A stretch of DNA of 58,990 nucleotides, filler included. It is 6 parts of 6 records of this genome, joined end to end, with 100 filler letters (N's around TTAATTAATTAA, not from the genome) between each part and the next. Parts side by side here need not be neighbours in the genome. Positions count along the whole stretch, not along the records: positions 1 to 12,559 come from SRR31156797_5496; positions 12,660 to 23,040 come from SRR31156797_5497; 4 more parts are not named here. One strand, 5' to 3'. The number at the start of each line of letters is the position of its first letter. The stretch's first letter is position 1. The translations under genes and the position numbers were made by a program. Shown piece after piece: positions 9,434 to 19,728 of the stretch. The notes under the pieces were generated by a model, which worked only from the letters and a program-made list of their open reading frames with translations, did no database searches and had not been told where the DNA came from.

Positions 9434-10309
9434 TCAGACCCTCTCTATCCTTTTTGTTCCGAACAAGCCTTCCGGCTTAATGAATAAAATCAGTATGAGG
9501 ACAAGGTATGGCGTGACCTCGGCATAATGAGAACCGAGTATTCCCCCGGCAAGTTGCTCTAAAACACCGACTACAATTCCGCCGATGACTGCGCCGGCCA
9601 TGGAATCGAGGCCGCCCAATATAACCCCGGGCACGGCCCGGAAAACCATGCCCGGGGTCATGCTGACCTGTAATCCGACCAGGTTGCCCAAAACTATTCC
9701 GGACAAGGCGCCTACCACAACCGATAGCATCCACGTTAAAACGAATATCCGGCTAACGTTGATTCCCAGAGCCATGGCCACATCCTGGTTCTCGGCTGTG
9801 GTGCGCATATGCAAGCCGGTTTGGGTCCATTTGAAAAACATTCCGACCAGGATGAAGCAGATTAAAGCGGTGATAAAGGTGTAGAGCCGCTCGTGGGAGA
9901 TGAAAATAGGGCCGAGGAAAATGGTCGACCCCGGAATCAAATCCAAGGGGTACGTGTAAGTATAGGTTGTCCAGGTCATTGTCATGGCGCCTTGAAGAAT
10001 ACTGTCCAGAAACAAGGTGGCCATGATCAGGGTCAGGAGCGGCTGCGAAAAAAGCGGTCTTAAAAATAAACGTTCAGCCAAAACGCCGCAAATTCCGGAT
10101 ATCCCCAAAGCCAGCGGCAGAGCGGCCCAAAAAGAGAGATTGGAATGTACCAAAATGGAAAGACAGATGAAGCCGCCAAGTGTCACCAGAGAGCCGACGG
10201 CAAAATTAAAAACCTTGGTCGCTTTATAGATTATAACAATGGCTAAACCGATCATACCGTACAGGCTTCCTGTCAGGATGCCGTTTATAATAAATTGCAA
10301 TGTCAGCAT
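9434..10309 (-). CDS. branched-chain-type ABC permease (LivH-like)
   Basis: IYKATKVFNFA, ILGGLDS-GA--GG, KPEGLFG. Confidence 0.93.
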   Translation of the reverse strand: MLTLQFIINGILTGSLYGMIGLAIVIIYKATKVFNFAVGSLVTLGGFICLSILVHSNLSFWAALPLALGISGICGVLAERLFLRPLFSQPLLTLIMATLFLDSILQGAMTMTWTTYTYTYPLDLIPGSTIFLGPIFISHERLYTFITALICFILVGMFFKWTQTGLHMRTTAENQDVAMALGINVSRIFVLTWMLSVVVGALSGIVLGNLVGLQVSMTPGMVFRAVPGVILGGLDSMAGAVIGGIVVGVLEQLAGGILGSHYAEVTPYLVLILILFIKPEGLFGTKRIERV

Positions 10310-10361
10310 AACATCAGATCTCCTGACACATCTCCGGAACCCATTCCCTGGAAATCACAGT

Positions 10362-11150
10362 TCAATACTCGGCCCCTAAATAAGCTTTGATGACCTTCTC
10401 GTTGCTGGTTATCTCTTCAGGCTTCCCTTCGGCGATCTTCGTTCCGAAATCAAGCACGCAGATCCGCTCGGATATGTCCATAATCACTCCCATATCGTGC
10501 TCTACGATCATTGTGGTGGTCTTCCAGAGCTCACGCACATCCAGGATGAACCTGGCCATGTCCTCTTTCTCTTCGGTGTTCATCCCGGCCATGGGTTCGT
10601 CCAATAACAGTATTTTGGGTTCATTGGCCAAGGCGCGCCCCAGATCCACACGCTTGCGCATCCCATAGGCCAGGCTGCCGACAATTTTTTTCCGGACCGG
10701 TTCCAGCTCCAGGAGATCGATAATATCTTCCACTCTTTCCCTGTGCTCCGTCTCCTGCCTTCGGGCCCGGCCAAAATATATGCCCCCGGCGATGGTTCCG
10801 TAACTCATGTGGTTGTGCCGTGCGGCCATCAGGTTTTCCTGAACCGACAAGCTGGTAAAAAGCTCGATGTTCTGAAATGTCCGGATAATACCCAGTTTCG
10901 AGCGCTGCACCGCGGTCAGCCTGGATATTTCATCGCCCCCATAAATGATTTTCCCTCTTTGTGGACGATAGAATCCGGTCAGGCAATTGATCAGTGAAGT
11001 CTTCCCGGCCCCATTGGGTCCTATTAATGCTAGAAGCTCTCCGTTGAATATATCGAGGGAGACATCTGATAAGACCGCAAGGCCGCCGAAACTTAATCTT
11101 ATATTCCTTAGCGAAACCATTTTGTCCTTATTTCGAACGGCTGGTTCCAT
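10362..11150 (-). CDS. ABC ATP-binding protein (LivG-like)
   Basis: GPNGAGKT, RTFQN, LAYG signature, LLLDEP, VEHDM, AYLG. Confidence 0.95.
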   Translation of the reverse strand: MEPAVRNKDKMVSLRNIRLSFGGLAVLSDVSLDIFNGELLALIGPNGAGKTSLINCLTGFYRPQRGKIIYGGDEISRLTAVQRSKLGIIRTFQNIELFTSLSVQENLMAARHNHMSYGTIAGGIYFGRARRQETEHRERVEDIIDLLELEPVRKKIVGSLAYGMRKRVDLGRALANEPKILLLDEPMAGMNTEEKEDMARFILDVRELWKTTTMIVEHDMGVIMDISERICVLDFGTKIAEGKPEEITSNEKVIKAYLGAEY

Positions 11151-11249
11151 CCTACGGCCTGCCTTGATTTCGGGAATGGTGTTGAGTCATGGCTTTCTCA
11201 ATTTAAATTCCGTATGGAACCGGTAATACAAGAACATTTTCACTCGGAA

Positions 11250-12338
11250 TCATTTTGGCCACGCCAAGGGGATAAGCGATGTCCCCCGCTTTTGGGCCAT
11301 CTCGGCCATGACCTGGCTAGCCTTTTCCGGGATGGCCTGGCGCTGGTTCTCGGGCTTGACTTCCAGGCGTAGAGACTCGGCCTGACATGTGGTCACGCAG
11401 AGGCCGCAGCCGATACAGCGGTCAAGGTTGATTTCCGCAACCTCCTGATCGTTGATGGTGATGGCCGCCATCTGGCAACGATCCAAACAGATCTCGCATC
11501 CGGTGCACAACTCCTGATCCACAGCCGCATAATAATTTGATATGACCAGTTCGGCCGGTCGAGGCTGTTTATTCAAGGCCTTAAGCACGGCGCAGCAGTC
11601 CCCGCAGCAGTTGCAAAGGGCCGCAGGATTTTGAGCTGCGGCAGGCTGTGTCACCAGGCCGGCCTCTTCTGCCCGGTCGAGAATCTCCAGGGCCTCCTCG
11701 ACCGTTATCCGCCGGCCCGCGTTCTTATCAAGAAAATACTGACCAAACGATCCGAAGGCCAAACAGACATCCAAAGGCTTGTCACAGGCTTTGTCCAACA
11801 GACCCTGCTGGGTTCGACAGATGCAGTCGGCCACGGCGATCAACTTCTGCTTTTTAACCAATTCACGGGAATCGTCATATGTCCCTACAAGGTAGGACGC
11901 ATCCACACTCCGCTTGATGGGAATGGGGCGCATAAAGACCGCACCTTGGGCAGCCGCTTCGCCCAGGGCCTCCTCTTCGTATTGTTCGAACAACTCCGCC
12001 AACTCGCGATCAATGGTCCCGAGCTGAAACTCGTAAATACCCGCCACAAAGGGAGCCGCCGCGAACTGCGCGTTTTCACCTTTGTTGATCCTGAATATGA
12101 GGCCTTTATCAGCCATCCGGTTAAGCTGAGGCGTCACCTCCTCCAGGTCGCCGCCGCTTCGTTGCGCCACTGCCGCCGGAGGTTCCGCCATCAGGCTCAT
12201 TTGAAGGAACATCCGGGCTTCCTCTTCGGTAAAGAGCTTTTTGAGAATCCTGAGTTCAACCCCTGATTTTGTGGAAGGGAAGCCGAAGGAATACTGATCC
12301 AGCTGTTCTCTGAGCTGCACATAAACGTCTCCGGTCAC
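11250..12338 (-). CDS. multi-Fe-S ferredoxin-like protein with N-terminal helical/HTH-like domain
   Basis: CICR...C...C, CNCCGDCC and two CxxCxxCxxxC motifs; GTG start with AAGGAGG RBS. Confidence 0.85.
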   Translation of the reverse strand: MTGDVYVQLREQLDQYSFGFPSTKSGVELRILKKLFTEEEARMFLQMSLMAEPPAAVAQRSGGDLEEVTPQLNRMADKGLIFRINKGENAQFAAAPFVAGIYEFQLGTIDRELAELFEQYEEEALGEAAAQGAVFMRPIPIKRSVDASYLVGTYDDSRELVKKQKLIAVADCICRTQQGLLDKACDKPLDVCLAFGSFGQYFLDKNAGRRITVEEALEILDRAEEAGLVTQPAAAQNPAALCNCCGDCCAVLKALNKQPRPAELVISNYYAAVDQELCTGCEICLDRCQMAAITINDQEVAEINLDRCIGCGLCVTTCQAESLRLEVKPENQRQAIPEKASQVMAEMAQKRGTSLIPLAWPK

Positions 12339-12468
12339 CTGACACCTCCTTAACGGCTTTTATGCAATGAACGACCCTGTACCTAAATCAGTTCTTGATT
12401 CCGTACAAGCACTCTTGCTCAAAATCGATTTCTGCGAAATTTAAAATCGGTTGTGCTCATGGAGCCCA

Positions 12469-12493
12469 GCAAATTGACTGAAAGTCAAATTGC
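12469..12493. promoter_or_regulatory. palindromic operator candidate (TTGACT-gaa-AGTCAA)
   Basis: GCAAATTGACTGAAAGTCAAATTGC near-perfect inverted repeat; a second TGAC-N5-GTCA at 12547-12559. Confidence 0.5.
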
Positions 12494-12559
12494 TCAGAAA
12501 ATTCATTAAAATAATCTTGCTCGGTAATTTACTGATAATATATTTTTGACCAACCGTCA

Positions 12560-12659
12560 NNNNNNNNNNNNNNNNNNNNNNNNNNNNNNNNNNNNNNNNN
12601 NNNTTAATTAATTAANNNNNNNNNNNNNNNNNNNNNNNNNNNNNNNNNNNNNNNNNNNN
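12560..12659. other. artificial contig linker
   Basis: 44 N + TTAATTAATTAA + 44 N; abrupt composition change. Confidence 0.99.
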
Positions 12660-13522
12660 CGTATCTCATGGGACATATTTGCTAAAAATAAAAGCTTTTG
12701 ATCTTCGTTTTTTCTTACTGTATTTAGTGCTTCTTGAAGCTGTAACTCTTTTTGCTTTATAAATTCCACATTAAGATGATCTTTTATATGAAGATCACAC
12801 TTCAATAAAAACTCTTCTGTTGAAAATGGTTTTTTTATAAAATCACGTGCACCATGTTTTAAAACTCTTGCAATTAAACTTTTATCATCTTTTGAACTTA
12901 TCATAATAATAGGAAGTTCTAAATATTTAGGTTGAGACTTTATTTTTTCAACAAGTTTTACCCCATCCATTATAGGCATCTCAAGATCACATAACATTAA
13001 TTGAACGGGATTTTCTGCTAAAATCTTCAACGCCTCTTCCCCATCTTTTGCTTCTAACACATTGTATCTCTTAGGAGTAAGCAACCCTTTTATAAGTCTT
13101 CTCATAAAAGAAGAATCATCCACAGCTAAAACATTAATATTAGAATTATGCTCTAAAGATTCTAATAAAAGAAGAATATCTTTTAAGATTACGTTAGTTG
13201 GATTACTTTTTGAGTAGTACTCTAGGATACCAGAATCAAAGATATGGGTTCTTCTTTGCATATCTGTATCACCACTCATTACAATAACTTTTGCCCGTTT
13301 TTCATCAGGTAAACTATCTATCACTTCATCTCCCTCACCATCAGGAAGAATAAGATCTAAAAGGATAAAATCAAACTCATCCTCTTGTATTAACTTTTTT
13401 GAATCTGTTAAAGTATAGCTTTGAACCACCTCATGCCCAGCATCTCTTAGACCATCTGTGATCTTTTGATTAAAAGTTTTACTATCATCGACCATTAAAA
13501 GTTTATATTTTTTTCTCTCCAA
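12660..13522 (-). CDS. hybrid histidine kinase with two N-terminal receiver domains, truncated by contig end
   Basis: Two REC domains (VDDS...LLDLILPDGEG; VDDS...CDLEMPIMDG...KKPF) then FLANMSHEI H-box at the break. Confidence 0.88.
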
Positions 13523-13531
13523 AACTATCCT

Positions 13532-14716
13532 TTAAATCACTACTTCAAATACTGCAAACCCGTCTTTGTTATATGCTTTTATCTCTCCATTATGCAACTC
13601 TACGATCTCATGGGCAATATTGAGTCCTATTCCAACTCCGCTATTCTCTTTACTACTTGTAAATGCTTCAAATATTTTTGGAAGGATATTCTCATCAATT
13701 CCACCTTTTGCATTATCTTTAAAAATTACAGAGGTCTTATCATCCTCTTGAAATATATTGATATCAATTCTTCGATCTTCAAACTCTAAAGTACTCTCTT
13801 CAAACTCATCACAAGCATTGTTTAAAATAATGATCCACACTTGCTCTAATTTTTGTCTAAAAATCTCTGCATTAAATATCTCATGATCTATTTTTAAACC
13901 CATATCAAACTTCTCACCATTTAGAAAAATAGGACTTAGGTGTTTTGCTCTTGCATACACCATCCTTGAAGTGATAACTAAAGTTTCATATACATTTACC
14001 ATTTTCCTTTTATTATCTGATTTTTTAGAAAGCTCTCTTGTGGTATCAATGATCCCTTTAATTCTTCCTAAACCAGAGTTTAGCATCTCAATGTTATTGT
14101 GAATGATAGTTTTAAGCTCTTTTATATCTTCACACTCATCGGTATCTAATTGGAAAAACTCCATAATCCCACGCATATATGTAACAGGAGTGTTTAATTC
14201 ATGGGTAATCCCTGATGCCATCTGCCCAATGGAAGCGAGTCTAATATCAGTCAATCTTTTTTCAAGTTTTTGATTTACTTTTGCTTCAAGGTCAGCATTG
14301 ATCTCCCTTAATTTTTCCTCTTCAGCTAAAAATTTCATATACAAATTTAATAAAGAGTTTACCCTAATACTAAGCTCAACCTGATCAAAAGGTTTTGAGA
14401 TAAAATCACTAATTCCTGATTTTAATGCTTTTACTTTCTCATCATGACTATCAAGGGAGCTTATCATCAAAATAGGTATATTTGAAGTCAGCTCATTTTT
14501 TCTTAAAATATTTATAGCTTCAAATCCATCCATTACAGGCATAATCGCATCCATCAAGATAATATGAGGTAATACCTCAGTAGCGATCTCTATCGCTTCT
14601 TTTCCATTGACAGCTTCATAAAACTCATATTTATTCTCTTTTCCCAAAAAGAGTTTTATAAATAGTCTTATATCCTTTTGATCATCGACAATTAAAACTT
14701 TTGGTATATTTTTCAT
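13532..14716 (-). CDS. soluble REC-histidine kinase
   Basis: REC (MDAIMPVMDG, SKPF), H-box GITHELNTP, N-box LNNACD, GIGL G2 box; no TM segment. Confidence 0.92.
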   Translation of the reverse strand: MKNIPKVLIVDDQKDIRLFIKLFLGKENKYEFYEAVNGKEAIEIATEVLPHIILMDAIMPVMDGFEAINILRKNELTSNIPILMISSLDSHDEKVKALKSGISDFISKPFDQVELSIRVNSLLNLYMKFLAEEEKLREINADLEAKVNQKLEKRLTDIRLASIGQMASGITHELNTPVTYMRGIMEFFQLDTDECEDIKELKTIIHNNIEMLNSGLGRIKGIIDTTRELSKKSDNKRKMVNVYETLVITSRMVYARAKHLSPIFLNGEKFDMGLKIDHEIFNAEIFRQKLEQVWIIILNNACDEFEESTLEFEDRRIDINIFQEDDKTSVIFKDNAKGGIDENILPKIFEAFTSSKENSGVGIGLNIAHEIVELHNGEIKAYNKDGFAVFEVVI

Positions 14717-14734
14717 AATTTCAATAACTTTTCT

Positions 14735-15055
14735 CTAATCTATTGAGATATCATCTATCTTTTGAGATAAAGTATCAATCCCACCTTGATAATCATACTC
14801 TTCCTCATTTCTAGCTTTTAACTCAATCTCTTTTGCTAACTCTGAGATCTCATTTAAAAGAAGATTTGCGGAGCTTCCTTTAATGGCATGGGCTGAGCCA
14901 TAGATAGTTTTAAGGTCATTATTTTGTAGTCCCTCATAAAGTTTTGCAACTTCCTCTTTTGATGATTCTAAAAAAACCTCCAAAAGCATCTGAACATCCT
15001 CAAGATCAAACTCTAACTCATTTGCAATAAGCTGTAAATCAATTTTATTTTTCAA
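14735..15055 (-). CDS. stand-alone Hpt phosphotransfer protein
   Basis: AHAIKGSSANL motif, 106 aa. Confidence 0.92.
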   Translation of the reverse strand: MKNKIDLQLIANELEFDLEDVQMLLEVFLESSKEEVAKLYEGLQNNDLKTIYGSAHAIKGSSANLLLNEISELAKEIELKARNEEEYDYQGGIDTLSQKIDDISID

Positions 15056-16871
15056 TTTCTTTCTCCTGTTTTAAAATAAGTAAAAATTGTGCACAATCAT
15101 AATTTTTGTTTTCATATTGTGTTTGTATAGTTTTATATTCCAAACTTCCTCCTAAATGCCTTTGTACTATCTCTTTTGAGAGATAAAGACTCAAACCTGT
15201 CCCTGAATACTCATGTTTTGTGGTAAAATATGGCTCAAAGATCTTATATTCGATATCTTTACTTATACCACCCCCATTGTCCATAACAGATAATCGTATC
15301 TCATCATCTTTTTTATATCCCTCAATCTTGATAAATCTTTTTTGCATCTCTTTTGTACTTAAGATATCAATACAATTGTTTAACAAAGAGATAATTACTT
15401 GTTTAAACTCATTCTCATAGCCATAAAACTCAAAAGGCTCCATTTCAAGCTGCAACTTTATATTATTTTGTGAAAAACTAAATCTCATAAGCTGTACTAT
15501 ACTTTCAATTGTTTTTTGAATATTAAATGATTCTTTATCATTTTGAGGTTTGAAAAATGTTTGAAACTGAGAGATAATCTGAGATAAAGCAAGGGTCATG
15601 GAACTGATCTCTTCAGCTGAGCGAATTAAAATAGTTTTTTCCACTTCATTTTCAAGTCCTATTGAGATCATCCCTGCATTTGCTGAGATACTAGAAAGAG
15701 GTTGTCTCCAGTGATGAGCAATCTTTTCTAATATATTTGATTGAGCTAGCATCACCTCTTTTTGTAAAAGCTTTTTCTCTTGTTCTGCTTTATAAGCGAT
15801 CTGCTCTAAAATCTTTTGTTCTTGTTTAAAACTTTTGATATAAAGCTTTAATCTATTGATTAAAAGATTTCTATCTACGGGCTTTGTGATATAATCCACT
15901 GCACCTAATTCATACCCTTCTTGTTTAAACCGATCATTTAGATATACTGATGTGATAAAAATAACAGCTATATGCTTTTCATATAAAGCCTGTTTAATAT
16001 AACGAGCTACTTCCCAACCATCCACTTCAGGCATCTCAATATCAAGTAATACTATATGAATCGTCTCTTTTTTTAATATATTCATCGCCTCTTTTCCACC
16101 TAAAGCTTTAAAAATGCAGATATCAGAGAAATGTTTATTTAATAAAATGTTTAAAAACTCTATATTTGTTTTTTGATCATCTACAAGTAAAACATTGATC
16201 ATCTCTTTTTGTTTTTGGGAAAAAAGATTTATTTTATATCCAAAACCACTACGATTTAAAATAAGTGTATTAGTTGTTTTTTTTCTTATATTCTTTACCA
16301 CTGTTCGTAAGGTTTCTAAAGAGCACTCAAAATGCCCGCTAAGTTCATTCATTAAGACTTCATACGATTGATAACCTGAACTATTCTTTAATAAAAACTC
16401 CACTAAAAGTGTCTCTTGTTTGGTCAAATTTATAATAGTATCATTAGTATCATATAGTTCATGTTCATCTAAAAGATAGATCATATTGTTACTCAGATTA
16501 TAAATGGTTTTTTTTACAGTAAATATCTCATTGAGTAAAGCAATTATCTCTTGTAAAAACTGCTCTTTTTCTAAATAGTATATTTTTTTATATTTTGTTT
16601 GAAGTTTCTTTCCACTCTCTTTATACAACACAACAATTGGGAACTCTTCACCAAAAGTATGTTTGATAAACTCAAAGATCACTTCTATATTTTTATTTTC
16701 AACTATATCGCAATCGATAATGATCACATCGGAGATAGAATCAGAAAACTTTTTATAAAGAAAAGAAAGATCAGATATTGAGGAAAATTTATACTCATTT
16801 TTTGAGAAAAAATCTATTAAGTTGCTATCAACATGTTCTTGAGAAAACAAAAGTATCTTTTTATTCAACAT
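15045..16871 (-). CDS. fusion protein: degenerate REC + OmpR-type winged helix + REC + histidine kinase
   Basis: LTKQETLLVEFL...LRTVVKNIRKK...GFGYKI (Trans_reg_C), then LLVDDQ...LLDIEMPEVDG...TKP, then IAHHWRQPL, DNGGG, FEPYFTTK, GTGLSL. Confidence 0.88.
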   Translation of the reverse strand: MLNKKILLFSQEHVDSNLIDFFSKNEYKFSSISDLSFLYKKFSDSISDVIIIDCDIVENKNIEVIFEFIKHTFGEEFPIVVLYKESGKKLQTKYKKIYYLEKEQFLQEIIALLNEIFTVKKTIYNLSNNMIYLLDEHELYDTNDTIINLTKQETLLVEFLLKNSSGYQSYEVLMNELSGHFECSLETLRTVVKNIRKKTTNTLILNRSGFGYKINLFSQKQKEMINVLLVDDQKTNIEFLNILLNKHFSDICIFKALGGKEAMNILKKETIHIVLLDIEMPEVDGWEVARYIKQALYEKHIAVIFITSVYLNDRFKQEGYELGAVDYITKPVDRNLLINRLKLYIKSFKQEQKILEQIAYKAEQEKKLLQKEVMLAQSNILEKIAHHWRQPLSSISANAGMISIGLENEVEKTILIRSAEEISSMTLALSQIISQFQTFFKPQNDKESFNIQKTIESIVQLMRFSFSQNNIKLQLEMEPFEFYGYENEFKQVIISLLNNCIDILSTKEMQKRFIKIEGYKKDDEIRLSVMDNGGGISKDIEYKIFEPYFTTKHEYSGTGLSLYLSKEIVQRHLGGSLEYKTIQTQYENKNYDCAQFLLILKQEKEIEK

Positions 16872-16882
16872 ATTTTTTCCTT

Positions 16883-16925
16883 TAATTGTAATATCATAAC
16901 ATAAAAAAATGAATAAAAAATGAAT
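16883..16925 (-). promoter_or_regulatory. putative promoter with 11-bp direct repeat (ATTCAT-N5-ATTCAT) and extended -10 (TG-T-TATGAT)
   Basis: ATGAAT at 16909 and 16920 on the + strand, immediately upstream of the phosphorelay operon. Confidence 0.35.
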
Positions 16926-17074
16926 ATTATAAAAAATTTGTTAATTTTTAACTTAATATTTCTTTAAGTTTTGTCAAAATTTCTGTCACAAATAGAGTTG
17001 AAAATCTTTCATTACACTTCAAAATAATGCCTATTTATAATAAGATAGTTGTAAAGTTATGATAAGATACCTTG

Positions 17075-18964
17075 ATGGTAAAATTTATAATATTTAGTCT
17101 ATTCTTTTTTTCTATTTTTTTACAAGCAAATGTAATAAAAGTTGACCATACTGAAAATTTTCAAGATATACTGAGCCATTCTAAAATCTTTATTGATCAA
17201 ACAAAATCAATGAGTATTGAAGAGATTATCAAACAAAAAGATGATTTTAAACAAAATGAAAGTGCAAGACTCTCTTTTGGATATTCACCAAATTTTCATG
17301 TTTGGTTACAAGTTACACTTCAAAACACTACAAATAAGCCACTTAGAAAAGTTATAGAATATGCTAATCCACTCACGACACATATAGACTTTTTTGATCC
17401 TCAAAGTGATTTACACCATAAAGATGGGCTATTTCAGATCAATAAACACAGAAAAACTATCAATCCCTATTTTATAGTCTCCTTACAAGCACACGAACAA
17501 AAAACATTTTATCTAAAAGTTAGATCTCATATCACAACAATGATCATTGAACTCAAGCTTTGGGATCAAATAGAGTTTTTTAATAAAGAATTCATCCACC
17601 AATCTATCTTACAGCTTTTTTTTGGAGCAATGTTTATCCTTGCTATATATAATCTTTTTATCTATTTTTTTACAAGAGATATCAGTTATCTTTTTTATGT
17701 AATATATATAATCGGTGTAATCATACATCAGCTTGCTTATACAGGTATTTTTGATATTTATTTGCTTTCACAAGAAGCCATTTTTACTACAGTTAACTAT
17801 GCGGCTATAATATCCTCTTTACCAATCTTGATGCTTGCTTTTTTTATTAAATCTTTTCTTCAGATTAATAATCATAAAAACTTAAACACTACTTTAGATA
17901 TTCTTGTACTATTTAGTATTATTTCAATGATTGTATTTAGTATTACTGACAGTGTTAACAATTATAGAAACCTACCTGCTATGTTACTAGTACTTTATCT
18001 CATCTATATCACTATCTATATGTCTTTAAAAGGAAATAGACAAGCTTACTTTATTTTAGTTGGCTGGTTATTTATAGGCTCTGCTACTCTTTTTATGTAT
18101 CTAAGTAGTACAGGAATATTTAATATTTTTCAATACCTCCCGTATTACATAGAATTTGCCTTTTTAAGTGAAGCACTTCTATTTTCCATTGCACTTGCTG
18201 ATAAAATCAATCATCTTCAAACTGAAAGAAATACAATAAATGAAGCCCTTATCAAACAAAAAGAGACAGAGAAAAAAAGACTCTCCACAGAAGTCAAGAA
18301 AAAAACAAAAGAGCTTAAAACTGCTCTTGATCAACAAACTACCCTTTTAAAAGAGCTTAACCATAGAGTAAAAAATAATATGCAAACGATCCTTTCTCTT
18401 ATAAGTCTCCAAGCCAATGAGATAGAAGATAACAATATTATGGATATGTTTCTCACTACTCAAAATCGCATACGTGCTATGACATATCTTCATGAACTTC
18501 TTTATAAACAAAGTGATATTTCCCATATTAATAGCCATGAATATTTTGATACCGTAGTTGATAATCTTCAAAGTAGTTTTGAACAAGATGTAGCTATACA
18601 CTATAATATCTCAGTAGATCTAGATATTGAAACAGCAACCACTTGTGGACTTATACTCAATGAACTTCTAATGAACTCCTTTAAACATGCTTTTACAAAA
18701 CAAGAAAACCCAAAGATCAATATTGAACTTTTTAAAGAAAAAAATCTCTATCATTTCAATATTTCAGATAATGGAGAGGGGTATGAAACTAACTCTACTT
18801 ATAATTCATTTGGGTTAGTATTGGTTTCAACTCTGGTAGAAGATCATCTAGATGGAACACTACACATTGATAGTACCAATGGTGTATCGAATCAAATAAC
18901 ATGGGAAGAGCATGAAGAAAATCAAGATACTTATAGTGGAAGACCATCCACTCACAGCAGCTGA
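17075..18964 (+). CDS. 7TM-DISM sensor histidine kinase (HisKA_2 type)
   Basis: Signal peptide, DISMED2-like periplasmic region (SFGYS...WLQVTL), YNLFIYF...YLFY 7TM block ending ALADKI, H-box ELNHRVKNNMQ, LNELLMNSFKHAF, SDNGEG. Confidence 0.9.
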   Translation: MVKFIIFSLFFFSIFLQANVIKVDHTENFQDILSHSKIFIDQTKSMSIEEIIKQKDDFKQNESARLSFGYSPNFHVWLQVTLQNTTNKPLRKVIEYANPLTTHIDFFDPQSDLHHKDGLFQINKHRKTINPYFIVSLQAHEQKTFYLKVRSHITTMIIELKLWDQIEFFNKEFIHQSILQLFFGAMFILAIYNLFIYFFTRDISYLFYVIYIIGVIIHQLAYTGIFDIYLLSQEAIFTTVNYAAIISSLPILMLAFFIKSFLQINNHKNLNTTLDILVLFSIISMIVFSITDSVNNYRNLPAMLLVLYLIYITIYMSLKGNRQAYFILVGWLFIGSATLFMYLSSTGIFNIFQYLPYYIEFAFLSEALLFSIALADKINHLQTERNTINEALIKQKETEKKRLSTEVKKKTKELKTALDQQTTLLKELNHRVKNNMQTILSLISLQANEIEDNNIMDMFLTTQNRIRAMTYLHELLYKQSDISHINSHEYFDTVVDNLQSSFEQDVAIHYNISVDLDIETATTCGLILNELLMNSFKHAFTKQENPKINIELFKEKNLYHFNISDNGEGYETNSTYNSFGLVLVSTLVEDHLDGTLHIDSTNGVSNQITWEEHEENQDTYSGRPSTHSS

Positions 18965-19607
18965 TCTTAAAAAATCACTTCTAAAACTCTCTTTTAAAGT
19001 TACTAAAAGTGTAAATTCATTTCAAAGTGCGTTGAAAGCTATTGATGAAGAGGAACCAGATATTATACTTATGGATATCAATTTAGGACAAGGGAAACGA
19101 ACAGGGATAGAACTTACCAAAGAGATTCAAAAACAATCAAATATCCCAATACTATATCTCACAGCATTTTGTGATGATGAAACAATGGAAGAAGCTTTTG
19201 TAACGAACCCTGTTGGATACCTTTTAAAACCTTTTAGAATTGAAGAGATCAAAGCAACTATTCTTTTAGCAATGTATAAAATAAATACCCTTGAATATAC
19301 AAATATTAATCAAGACTGTAAAGATATAGGGTTTGGGTATTATTTTGATATCAAACAAAAAAAACTCTATTATAAAAGCAAATATATCAAACTCGCTAAA
19401 AAAGAGCAGATACTTTTAGATATTTTGACCCTTGCAAAAGGGGATATTGTATCTTGCGAAACTATTGAACATGCCCTATGGGCTGATAATGTTCCCTCCC
19501 AAAGCTCACTTCGAACTCTTATTTATAGATTACGTGTAAAACTAGGATGTAAAATTATTGATGCTTCTTATTCCCATGGATACAAACTCTCCCATAAAAT
19601 AGCCTAA
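18912..19607 (+). CDS. DNA-binding response regulator (REC + winged helix)
   Basis: LIVED, LMDINL, YLTA, KPF; C-terminal LRTLIYRLRVKL...GYKL; overlaps the kinase 3' end. Confidence 0.93.
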   Translation: MKKIKILIVEDHPLTAADLKKSLLKLSFKVTKSVNSFQSALKAIDEEEPDIILMDINLGQGKRTGIELTKEIQKQSNIPILYLTAFCDDETMEEAFVTNPVGYLLKPFRIEEIKATILLAMYKINTLEYTNINQDCKDIGFGYYFDIKQKKLYYKSKYIKLAKKEQILLDILTLAKGDIVSCETIEHALWADNVPSQSSLRTLIYRLRVKLGCKIIDASYSHGYKLSHKIA

Positions 19608-19728
19608 TATGGTTATATTTTAACCAATTACTTTTCAATTTTCTTAAAAAAATCTTAAATTACGTGACAATTCAATCCATTTCATCTTGTAAAATTTTAA
19701 TTAGATTTTATAAAAGAAAGGATAAATC

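Noticed and set aside
59-12266. Many plus-strand ORFs in segment 1 (e.g. 742-1437, 3041-4015, 5867-6463, 11631-12266)
   Set aside because: Antisense shadows of well-supported minus-strand genes in GC-rich DNA; no family motifs.
12608-12659. ORF ends extending into N runs (also 29733, 36485, and the 43459-43680 ORF)
   Set aside because: Stops come from the artificial linker; the real genes are truncated and 43459-43680 is spurious.
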